Shown here piece after piece: positions 54,030-63,000 of a stretch of DNA of 64,000 bases (position 1 is the stretch's first letter; the number at the start of each line of letters is the position of its first letter). The notes beneath the pieces are model-generated. The model worked only from the letters and a program-made list of their open reading frames with translations, did not search any database and had not been told where the DNA came from. A program made the translations under genes and the position numbers. Origin of the DNA: Planctomycetota bacterium. Its GTDB lineage: Bacteria > JAJVIF01 > JAPKYR01. The DNA lies in contig JAUWTM010000003.1 of the NCBI GenBank assembly GCA_030614715.1, positions 13,763 through 77,762 of the forward strand, in the 5' to 3' direction.

Positions 54030-55233
54030 GATGGTTTCCTCTTGTAAAGAAGAAATCAACCTCCTCTCCTGCCGGAACCACGTATTTTCCTTCCTTTAAT
54101 CTTACGAACGAGTTTGTACCCACGACTGCGAAGATATCCGCAGAACCCATTGAGTCAACCGGATACGCCTTCCAGCCACCGTCCTCCCATACAATTTTCG
54201 ACGCCTTTAACAGGGTACGATCGGTTTTAACCTTGAATTCACCCGCAGCTGTTGCCTTGAACCATTCTGTCCTGAAGTCCACATCGCCTGACATACGACG
54301 TATCAGCGGTCCTGCGTAAAGTTCGAATCCCAGGTAAGCAGCGACCGGGTTTCCCGGAAGTCCAAAAACATACGTCTTGTCACGCTTGCCGAACAGCAGG
54401 GGTTTTCCGGGTTTCTGAGCGACCTTGTGGAATAATATCTCGACTCCAATTTCCCTGAGGATGTCCGGTGCAAGGTCGTAGTCACCCATCGAGACTCCGC
54501 CGGTCAATGCGAGGATGTTATATTCGAGTCCTTTCTCAATGAACCTCTTCAGTTCATCAGGATCGTCGCCGGGATTTCCGAGCCTGATCGGAACGCCTCC
54601 CCACAAAAGGCACTGGACGTTCAGCCCGTACGTATTGGAGTCCCTGATCTGGCCAGGTTCGGGGATCTTCTTCGACGGTCGTACCAGTTCGCTTCCAGTC
54701 GACAGTATCCCTATACGCGGGACGCTGTAAACGTTCACCTTGGCGCGTCCGGCCATCGCCATCACGGATGCCACAGCCGAATCGATTACCAGCCCGACTG
54801 GTAACAGCTCCACCCCCTTCTTCACTTCCTCACCCTGCACGGCTATGTTCGTACCGGATTCGATCCCGGCATTTAGTTTTACATTCCCGTCACCTGCATC
54901 CGATGTCAACTCGACCTGGATGACCGCGTCGGTACCGGGAGGCAGTGGTGCACCGGTCATGATTTTTACAGCATGACCTTCAGGAACCGGATCGGTTCTG
55001 AACTCTCCCGCGCTTACGACACCATCGACAGGCAGGATCACACCCTCGCCAGAGGACGCTGCCATCAGGGCGTATCCGTCCATCATCACCCTGTCAAACG
55101 CGGGAAAGTCGATGTCGGAAAATACCGGTTCGGAAAGGATATATCCCTTTGAGCCCTCTATCACCACGTGCATGGTCGGAAGCGTTTCAGCTTCCCCAAG
55201 GACAATTTCCACTGCATCGTCGACTGATATCAT
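54013..55233 (-). CDS. moeA: Molybdopterin molybdenum/tungsten-transferase MoeA
   Basis: ..FDRVMMDGYAL.., ..ILSTGSELV.., ..LTGGVSMGDYD.., ..VAQKPGKPL... 406 aa. Confidence 0.9.
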   Translation of the reverse strand: MISVDDAVEIVLGEAETLPTMHVVIEGSKGYILSEPVFSDIDFPAFDRVMMDGYALMAASSGEGVILPVDGVVSAGEFRTDPVPEGHAVKIMTGAPLPPGTDAVIQVELTSDAGDGNVKLNAGIESGTNIAVQGEEVKKGVELLPVGLVIDSAVASVMAMAGRAKVNVYSVPRIGILSTGSELVRPSKKIPEPGQIRDSNTYGLNVQCLLWGGVPIRLGNPGDDPDELKRFIEKGLEYNILALTGGVSMGDYDLAPDILREIGVEILFHKVAQKPGKPLLFGKRDKTYVFGLPGNPVAAYLGFELYAGPLIRRMSGDVDFRTEWFKATAAGEFKVKTDRTLLKASKIVWEDGGWKAYPVDSMGSADIFAVVGTNSFVRLKEGKYVVPAGEEVDFFFTRGNHHGTQR

Positions 55234-55271
55234 TGCGCGTTTCCTGTACTGATTTCCTAAAACACATTTAG

Positions 55272-56285
55272 TTACTGGTGCACGTGAATCGCTGTGGACT
55301 TAAAGTGCACCCACACGTCATCACCGACACCCAGGCCAAGTTCCTTCATTGCGCGATCGGTAAGCGTAACCCGAAGCTGAAAACCGGACCCGCAGTGTAC
55401 CGTAACTAATACGGTTCTTGTACCCGATGTCTCGATCTTTTGAATCTCACCGTTGTAACTGTTACGTGCCGATGTCTCGATCGGCTGCTTCGATGCAAGA
55501 ACTTCGTTTGGATTAACGGACACTATGTATTCTTTCCCATCCTCTAGGTCACCGGGAAAATAAACAGACGTTCCAGCCTCTGTTAACAGTTCGTAACCAT
55601 CGTCGGTTCTCGACGCGGTAAGCCTGAACACGTTTTCGGGTGTCCATGGCGACACCTTACCTGACTGGAGGGTAATAATACGGTCTGCAAGTTTGTACGC
55701 ATGGGACAGGTCATGTGTCGAAAAGACCAGGGTCCTGTCCTCCGGCAGATTTTTAATTGTATCCTCCAGCACGGCAGCACTTGCAGAGTCGATAAATGTA
55801 AACGGCTCATCCATGATCAGTATTGATGGCTCGCGGATGAGTGTTCGTGCAATAGCGGCACGTTTCCTCTCACCCGAGGAGAACGTACGCGGTGATCGAT
55901 TGAGCACATCCTTCAGTCCAAGCCTGCCAGCGTACTTTTCAATCCTCGAAAGCCTGTCGTTTTTCGATATCCCGTTGCCCGAGATCGCAAATTCAAGGTT
56001 TTTTTGGAGCGAACCCCTGAAAAAGTACGGCTCCTGCGCCATGTAACCGAGATGCCCGCGAACTTTCTCTATCCTTCGCCAGTCCGCAGGTTCTCCGTGC
56101 ACTTTCACGCTGCCGGTGTCAGGTTTGTCCAACAGGGCTGCCACTGTAAGCAGGGTTGTTTTACCAGAACCGTTAGGCCCGACAACCGCCACACGCTGAC
56201 CCTTCTCAATCTCAAGGGACTTCACGTCCAGGATTGCCCTGTCGTTATGGGTCTTCCTGATATTTTGCAGTTCCAGTGCTTTCAT
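55272..56285 (-). CDS. tupC: Tungstate/molybdate ABC transporter ATP-binding protein with C-terminal TOBE-like domain
   Basis: Walker A GPNGSGKTTLL, signature SGERKRAAIART, Walker B ILIMDEP. C-terminal ..VTLTDRAMKELGLGVGDDVWVHFKSTAI... Confidence 0.8.
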   Translation of the reverse strand: MKALELQNIRKTHNDRAILDVKSLEIEKGQRVAVVGPNGSGKTTLLTVAALLDKPDTGSVKVHGEPADWRRIEKVRGHLGYMAQEPYFFRGSLQKNLEFAISGNGISKNDRLSRIEKYAGRLGLKDVLNRSPRTFSSGERKRAAIARTLIREPSILIMDEPFTFIDSASAAVLEDTIKNLPEDRTLVFSTHDLSHAYKLADRIITLQSGKVSPWTPENVFRLTASRTDDGYELLTEAGTSVYFPGDLEDGKEYIVSVNPNEVLASKQPIETSARNSYNGEIQKIETSGTRTVLVTVHCGSGFQLRVTLTDRAMKELGLGVGDDVWVHFKSTAIHVHQ

Positions 56286-56977
56286 GTTCCAGCCCTGTGC
56301 GTTGCCTGGTAAACAAGGATATTAATAATGAAAACAATGATCAGAAGTACAAGCCCAAGTGCTGTAGCCCGACCAAACTCTCCCTGGCTGGTCAGAAGGG
56401 CTATCCCGGTCGTGATCGTGCGGGTTTTGCCGAAAATGTTCCCCCCCAGCATCATCGACACGCCAACCTCCGCGATTACACGCCCGAACGCCGCGACAAC
56501 CGAGAGCAGGACTAGCTCTCTGATCTCACCCAGCAATGCAGCGTAGGCCCGCAAACGTCCCGTGCCCAGGGCTAACGATGTTGCCATTATCCTGGGATCG
56601 GCCACCCTGATCGCGTTCGACACCATTGCCGTTATGATTGGCGTCGCGAGTATCACCTGCCCGATGACTATCGCTGTCTGGGAAAAAAGCAGACGGTAAT
56701 CACCAAGGGGACCCTCACGGGTCAAAAACATGTACACAAGATGCCCGACCACCACTGTCGGCAGGAACAACAGGGTGTTGAATATAATGTCAATCGCACG
56801 TTTTCCTTTGAATTTCCCGAGCCCCAGCCAGATCCCCAACGGGAAAGCGATGATCGCGGCAATAACTGTCGAGGTGAGCGCAACCCTGAACGACGTGCCG
56901 ATGAGACCGTATACTTCAATGTCACCACCAGACAGCAGGTGGAACGCTTCAGCTATCGAGTCGAACAATTGACCCAT
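56282..56977 (-). CDS. tupB: Tungstate/molybdate ABC transporter permease
   Basis: 231 aa, polytopic. It overlaps the ATPase gene by 4 nt and sits between the binding-protein and ATPase genes. Confidence 0.75.
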   Translation of the reverse strand: MGQLFDSIAEAFHLLSGGDIEVYGLIGTSFRVALTSTVIAAIIAFPLGIWLGLGKFKGKRAIDIIFNTLLFLPTVVVGHLVYMFLTREGPLGDYRLLFSQTAIVIGQVILATPIITAMVSNAIRVADPRIMATSLALGTGRLRAYAALLGEIRELVLLSVVAAFGRVIAEVGVSMMLGGNIFGKTRTITTGIALLTSQGEFGRATALGLVLLIIVFIINILVYQATHRAGT

Positions 56978-57001
56978 GCGCTTTAACCCGTGTACTAAGT
57001 C

Positions 57002-57886
57002 CTACCGGTTGGCCACATTGAACAACCGGTGCGTGTTTACTTCATAGTCGTTTATCAAATCGATCGACGTGGGTCCGGTAATCCAGTTCACCAGCTCCAT
57101 CGCCTCGTCGTGTAACAGATCCGGATGCAATTCCGGATTCAGGGGTATTATCGAGTAGATATTTTCCAGGGCCGGATCACCGAGCAGCAGCAGGACGAGG
57201 TCAAGGTGATTCACCATCGAGTAATATGTGCCGGAGTCGGTCAGCGTATATGCTTCCATCTGGTCTGCAATAGTCAGCACTGCACCCATACCCTGCCCGG
57301 ATTCAATGTACCAGTCACCCTCGGGGGTCTCTCCCACGAGTTCCCAGATACTCAGCTCTTTCTTGTGCGTCCCTGAATTATCACCGCGGGAAATGAACTG
57401 TAAATCGCCACTGAGAAACAGAGAAAATGCCTCTTCGGCGGTGCGAACATTTCTGATCCCGAGAGGATCACTCCCCGGACCCACGATTACGAACTCGTTC
57501 TGAGCAACGTAATGTCGCGCTAAACCGAAGCCTTCATCGATGAACTCCTGTTCTGCTTCTGGAGCATGGACCAGTACAATATCGACGTCGCCTTTCCGGC
57601 CCATTTCAAGGGCTGCACCAGTGCCGACAGCGATTACATCGACCTCTATGCCCGTTTCGGCTGTAAACACGGGTAGGAGGTGGTTCAGAAGACCGGAGTT
57701 GTCTACACTGGTCGTAGTCGCGAGCTTGATTACAACATTCTGCTGAGTTTCACCAGATGTATCGTCCGGTTCCTCACCGGGAACGTCCCGTGCCGGTGTA
57801 CACGAGAAAATGCAAATCACGATCACGGAAAAAATTGTCACCAGAATCTGCCGGTGCGCCGATTTAAAATTCCCCTGGAATTCCAT
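57002..57886 (-). CDS. tupA: Tungstate-binding periplasmic lipoprotein TupA
   Basis: Signal peptide with lipobox ..ICIFSC. KLATTTSVDNSGLL, VGTGAALEMGRKGDVDIVLVHAPE and RGDNSGTHKKE match TupA-type binding proteins. Confidence 0.8.
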   Translation of the reverse strand: MEFQGNFKSAHRQILVTIFSVIVICIFSCTPARDVPGEEPDDTSGETQQNVVIKLATTTSVDNSGLLNHLLPVFTAETGIEVDVIAVGTGAALEMGRKGDVDIVLVHAPEAEQEFIDEGFGLARHYVAQNEFVIVGPGSDPLGIRNVRTAEEAFSLFLSGDLQFISRGDNSGTHKKELSIWELVGETPEGDWYIESGQGMGAVLTIADQMEAYTLTDSGTYYSMVNHLDLVLLLLGDPALENIYSIIPLNPELHPDLLHDEAMELVNWITGPTSIDLINDYEVNTHRLFNVANR

Positions 57887-58059
57887 GTATGATTACCCCT
57901 TAATTAATCGACAACCCCATGAAGTGAAAAGCAACCGCCGTTATGCTACATGTAACATAACGTCGTGTCAAGTCCTTGCGGATCAACACCAGTTTGCTCC
58001 GGTCTATTCCAGCAATTTAACTGCTGGAAGTTAATAAAAATTGCAATTTTTTCCTATTT

Positions 58060-58117
58060 TGTGAAAATTTTCACTAATATTGTGATTTTTTTCACTAATA
58101 TTGTGATTTTTTTCACT
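58060..58117. promoter_or_regulatory. Three phased CRP/FNR-family-like sites TGTGA-N6-TCACT, 21-bp spacing, in the tupA / Cys-rich-gene divergent region
   Basis: Site 1 58060-58075 (core GTGAAAATTTTCAC is a perfect 14-bp palindrome), site 2 58081-58096, site 3 58102-58117. A candidate extended -10, TGgTAAAAT, lies at 58125-58133. Confidence 0.6.
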
Positions 58118-58120
58118 AAT
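58071..58120. repeat. 21-bp tandem direct repeat, 2.4 copies (TCACTAATATTGTGATTTTTT)
   Basis: Identical copies at 58071-58091 and 58092-58112, plus a partial third copy at 58113-58120. Confidence 0.9.
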
Positions 58121-58194
58121 TACATGGTAAAATTGTAATAGATGATTATTGTCCTTCTGAATTCAAATTCATCAAAGCCAAAAGGGGGCTAGAC

Positions 58195-58542
58195 ATGACT
58201 ATCACTCATCATGAAGTTCAAAAGGAAAAAGTACAGAATCAGCCATCAGGTGAGGAAACTCGATCGATAGCGACCCAGCGTAACCTGTGCCTTTCCTGCA
58301 CTGCAACAAAGGGGTGTACCAACCGACGGACAGGTTACCCGGTACACTACTGCGACAGCTACAAAAATCCCCAGCTCCACGACTACGCACCCTATTTCCC
58401 TCCTGACGCCAATACCGGCGAACAAATGTCAGGCGAAGCACTCGGCCTTTGCGCAAATTGCGTATACCGTCCTACCTGCACTTTCGCCATTTCCGAAATG
58501 GGAATATGGCACTGCTCAATGCACGAATGTATGTGGCCCTGA
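58195..58542 (+). CDS. Small Cys-rich protein with an internally duplicated LCxxCx5C...HxC module
   Basis: 115 aa. Module 1 is L31-C32-x2-C35-x5-C41..H51-x-C53. Module 2 is L85-C86-x2-C89-x5-C95..H106-C107. GGGGG RBS-like run upstream. Confidence 0.55.
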   Translation: MTITHHEVQKEKVQNQPSGEETRSIATQRNLCLSCTATKGCTNRRTGYPVHYCDSYKNPQLHDYAPYFPPDANTGEQMSGEALGLCANCVYRPTCTFAISEMGIWHCSMHECMWP

Positions 58543-58828
58543 TACCGGCGAAGAGATTTTAATTAACAAGGTTGATTTCATACCTGACCATGCGTAAGCC
58601 TGTCAGTGGCATGATCCTACCGCCAATTAGAGCAGCTTCCTGAAAGAAGGTCGTTGTTGTCAATCGGAATTATCCGGCAACGAACTTAAAAAAGCAGTCA
58701 GCCTGAATAGACAGCGTTGGTTTGTTAGTGCTATATTGTTAGAAGTAAAGCGGAATATGCACACTGTCCGCGGAATATTCTGATGTCCGGTTATCGGCAA
58801 ACACACCGGATCGGAACCTGGAGGAATC

Positions 58829-59032
58829 ATGTTCGGCATACGTGGTTGGGAATGGATTATTCTGCTGGTAATAATTCTCCTGATCTTTGGACCGTCCAAG
58901 ATACCTGACCTCGCTCGGTCTGTAGGCAAAGCGATAACTGAGTTCAAGAAAGGTATCAAGGGCGCCAAGGAAGAACTGGGTGACATCCCCAAGGAGATTG
59001 CAGACGCGGAGGAGGAGGTCAAGAGTAGCTAG
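58829..59032 (+). CDS. tatA: Twin-arginine translocase subunit TatA/E
   Basis: MFGIRGWEWIILLVIILLIFGPSKIPDLARSVGKAITEFKKG. GGAGG RBS. Confidence 0.9.
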   Translation: MFGIRGWEWIILLVIILLIFGPSKIPDLARSVGKAITEFKKGIKGAKEELGDIPKEIADAEEEVKSS

Positions 59033-59033
59033 G

Positions 59034-59819
59034 ATGGCTGGGTCAAACGGGCAAGTTTCTCCGCCTGAAGACAGTATTGCACCGGCGGAAGACACCGTGA
59101 AGATCAGCCCGATCTACGAACACCTGAACGAACTTCGTTTACGCTTCATTTACTCGACAATCTATCTCATCGCCGGCTGTATTGTCGGTTTTTTTGTTAC
59201 CGAAAAATGGGTTTTCGCGTGGATCCTCTCACCGATAGTGGCGATACCCGAAGCCCAGCTGCAGGTGCTGGGCCCGGCTGAGAAACTGACCTCATTAATC
59301 AAGACGTCCTTCATCGTGGGACTGTTCGTCGCATTGCCGTTTATCGTTCACCAGTTTTGGCTTTTCCTGAGACCCGGCCTTAAAAACAATGAAAGGCGTT
59401 ATTTACTCCTGATGATCCCTGCATCGGCAATTCTGTTCACCATCGGTGCGGCATTTATTTTTTTTATCATGCTTCCTGTCGCTCTTCCGTTCCTGATCGG
59501 CTTAGACCTTGGAGTTGATATCGAAACGAATATTACGCTGGAACTTTACTTTACATTCGTGCTGCTCCTGATTCTCGCCGGTGGATTAGTTTTCCAGATA
59601 CCGCTGATTACTTACTTCCTCGCAAAACTTGGAATTGTCAACGCCGGAATGCTTGCATCGAACCGTAAGTTCGCAGTCCTGGGTACCGTCTTCCTTGCCG
59701 CTATGCTGACACCGACTGGTGATCCCCTCAATCTCATGCTCCTTGCACTTCCCATTTACATACTTTTTGAAATCAGCATTTTTATAGCTGCCGGGACTTA
59801 CAAGCCGCGAAAAGATTAA
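59034..59819 (+). CDS. tatC: Twin-arginine translocase subunit TatC
   Basis: ..HLNELRLRFIYSTIYLIAG.. and six hydrophobic segments. Start at ATG 59034, directly after the tatA stop. Confidence 0.85.
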   Translation: MAGSNGQVSPPEDSIAPAEDTVKISPIYEHLNELRLRFIYSTIYLIAGCIVGFFVTEKWVFAWILSPIVAIPEAQLQVLGPAEKLTSLIKTSFIVGLFVALPFIVHQFWLFLRPGLKNNERRYLLLMIPASAILFTIGAAFIFFIMLPVALPFLIGLDLGVDIETNITLELYFTFVLLLILAGGLVFQIPLITYFLAKLGIVNAGMLASNRKFAVLGTVFLAAMLTPTGDPLNLMLLALPIYILFEISIFIAAGTYKPRKD

Positions 59820-59835
59820 TGTGAATTATTTCACC
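59820..59835. promoter_or_regulatory. CRP/FNR-family-like site TGTGA-ATTATT-TCACC upstream of the formate dehydrogenase genes
   Basis: Same half-site/spacing architecture as the 58.06-58.12 kb triplet. It starts 1 nt after the tatC stop, about 250 nt upstream of the FDH start. Confidence 0.4.
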
Positions 59836-60081
59836 CGCCTGTCCAATCCCCATTATTAACGAGAAATTATCGATATTAAAACTATTTTTCAACCAAGCGT
59901 TATGTTCAATTTTTCACAACGGATTGCCAACATTGTACTTTCTTTCACATAAATCAAGGTGGTATACTCCGGCCAGTTAAATCACTCTCATCTGTATTAA
60001 CTTCTCATCCTCGGGAAGTATCAGGTTTTAAATCACAGTCTGGTTACCTGTAGGACCATGACTGAATTAAGGGTGACCTCG

Positions 60082-63000
60082 ATGAAACTCTCACGGCGTG
60101 ATCTTTTAAAACTGATCGGTTTGACCGCAGCCGGCACTGCTGTTGGCACTCAGCCGGCGCATGCAGCCGATCATCCAAGCCCGCATGACCCACCACCAAT
60201 GAAGACCGAAGGGGCAACAAAAACCTACTCGGTCTGTCCATACTGTGCCGTCGGTTGCGGGATTGATGTCTACGTGAAAGACGGTGTTGTAATTGGTGCC
60301 GAGGGCAATCCGGACCATCCCATCAACCAGGGGGCCTTGTGCCCCAAGGGACAAGCCCTGGCCAGCATCGCCGCACACAGGAATCCACGACGTCTTGATA
60401 AAGTAAGGTATCGTCCGGCGGGCGGAACCGATTGGCAGGACATTTCGATGGATGAAGCTCTCGACAGGATCGCAGGGCTTATAAAGGAAACCCGCGACCG
60501 GACTTTCGTCCAGCGCGACTCCAACGGTGTGACAGTAAACCACACCGAAGCCATCGCGTCCCTCGGTGGAGCATCCTTGGACAACGAAGAATGTTACACA
60601 ATTCATAAATTCGTAAGGGCTCTAGGTATAAATTACTTCGAGCACCAGGCAAGGATATGCCACTCCTCGACCGTCGGGGCACTTGGGTCGAGTTTCGGTC
60701 GAGGCGCGATGACCAACCACTGGACCGACATGGGTAACAGCGACTGCTTCTTCATCATCGGATCGAACGCAGCACAGAACCATCCGATGGCATTCAAGTG
60801 GATCACACATGCCCAGGAAACCCGTGGCGCAAAGCTTCTCGTGGCTGATCCCCGGTTCACCACGTCGGCCGGCAGTGCGGACCTGTTCGTACGTTTCCGA
60901 CCCGGAACCGACATCGCCATCATCGGCGGCATGATCAACTACGTGCTCGGGAATAACCTTCAGCACACCGATTACGTTAAGCTGATGTCCGACGGTCCGT
61001 TCCTGGTCAAGGAAGATTTCGAGTTTGATCCGAACACGGGAATTTTCTCCGGCTACGACGAAAGCAACAGGAAATACGCAACCGGAAGCTGGGACTACCA
61101 GCGCGGCGAGGACGGAAAAGCGCTTCGCGATCCCACAATGCGCGACCCGAACTGCGTTTACCAGCACCTGAAGCGGCATTACTCACGTTATACTCCTGAG
61201 AAGGTATCCGAAATCTCCGGAATCCCGGTTGATACTTTTGTTCAGCTTGCAAGCATGTATGCCGAGCACGGTGGTACCAGTACAAAGAACGGGTCCATCC
61301 TGTATGCAATGGGTTCGACCCAGCACACTGTCGGGGTCGCATACATCAGATCATACGTAATCCTGCAGCTGCTCCTCGGCAACATGGGAGTCGCCGGCGG
61401 CGGAATCAACGCACTTCGCGGCGAGAGCAACGTGCAGGGTTCCACCGATATGGCGATGCTGTTCCATATCATCCCGGGATACATGGCATGCCCGGTCGCA
61501 GCCAGCCATCCAAATCTCCAGGCATACATAGAGAAAGAAACACCGCAGTACGGTTACTGGGCGAATAAACCAAAGTTCCTTGTCAGCCTCCTGAAAGCGT
61601 TCTGGGGTGAGTATGCAACACCCGAACGCGACTTCTGCTTCGACTTCCTGCCTAAACGATCACCCGGCACCGAGGGTCACGGTCATTCGTGGATCGCATT
61701 GTTTGAAGCGATGCACGCTGGAACCATTGAAGGCCTTCTGGTCTGGGGTCAGAATCCGATGGTGGGCGGTCCGAACACCAACTTTACCGGCGAGGCACTC
61801 GATAACCTGAAATGGATGGTAGCCGCCGACCTCTGGGAGACCGAGACATCGATCTTCTGGAAGCGTCCGGGTGCTAATCCGGCTGACATCCAGACGGAAG
61901 TTTTCCTCATTCCTGCAGCTTCATCATTTGAGAAAGAGGGAAGCATCACTAACTCCGGTCGATGGATCCAGTGGCGATACGCGGCTGTTCCACCTCCGGG
62001 TGAAGCGAAGGCCGATCTCTGGGTCCTGGATCAGTATGTCCGACGCCTGCAAGCCCTTTACAACGCGGAAGGCGGACCGGTTAAGGAAGCGATCACAAAG
62101 CTCAACTGGGACTACACTCCGGAAGGTGAGCATGAGCCGTCAGCCCACAGGGTTGCGATGGAGATCAACGGCTACTACACAGAGACGTCACCACGACACG
62201 GCGACCAAGTTGAGAATTTCACCAAGCTTACCGCGGACGGGACCACTGCATCGGGCAACTGGATCATGTCGGGCTTCTACCCGGATCCGGAAACCAACCA
62301 TGCCGAAAGGCACGACAACAGCGACCCGTCCGGACTTCTCATATTCCCCAACTGGACCTACGCATGGCCGGTTAACCGTCATGTCATATACAACAGGTGT
62401 GCTGCCGACGAGAGAGGTCAGCCGTGGGATCCCGCAAGGCCGCTCGTAAGCTTCAACCCAGCCTTCGCGGACGCCGATCCTGCCGAGAGAGCAAGCTGGC
62501 AGACGGAGTGGACGTTTAACGACGTGCCCGATTTCTCCAAGACCGCACATCCGAGGGCGTCCATCGCAGCTCCGTTCATCATGCCCAATGACCAGCACGG
62601 CTACATGTTCGTACCGAAGGGCAAGACGAAGGGCGGTCCGTTCCCCGAGCATTACGAACCGTTCGAAACACCGCTTGCCATTAATCCAGTGCATCCGGGA
62701 GCTAACAGGATGATCGATAACCCGGTCATCGTGCTCTGGCAGGATGCGATGGACACGCGTGCGGAAACCGGAAGCGCAGAATTCCCGATTGTAGGAACTA
62801 CACATAGGCAAATCGAGCACTGGCTGTCCGGTGCGATGACCAGGAACCTCGAACCCCTATGCGAACTGGCCCCCGAGATGCATGTCGAGATGAGCCCCGA
62901 ACTCGCTGAAGCTAAGGGCATCAAGGCCGGTGACTGGGTGCGTGTCGTATCGGGACGCGGCAATGTACTGGCCCGCGCAAACGTGACCAGGCGAATGGAA

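Noticed and set aside
58071-58120. Tandem 21-bp repeats considered as a mini CRISPR array.
   Set aside because: There are only 2.4 contiguous copies with no spacers, the unit is T-rich and shorter than CRISPR repeats, and no cas genes are present. The repeats fit operator duplication instead.
57887-58194. AT-rich repeat-bearing region at the switch from a 34-kb minus-strand block to plus-strand genes, considered as a replication origin. The 43183-43788 gap was considered in the same way.
   Set aside because: I found no DnaA-box consensus (TTATCCACA / TGTGGATAA) in either region, and no dnaA, dnaN or gid genes are nearby. The strand switch alone is not evidence for an origin.
58980-59033. Longer TatC start at 58980 giving an N-terminal MTSPRRLQTRRRRSRVAR extension.
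   Set aside because: It would overlap the last 53 nt of tatA in another frame, and the extension is an Arg-rich frame artefact. ATG 59034, directly after the tatA stop, yields a normal TatC N-terminus.
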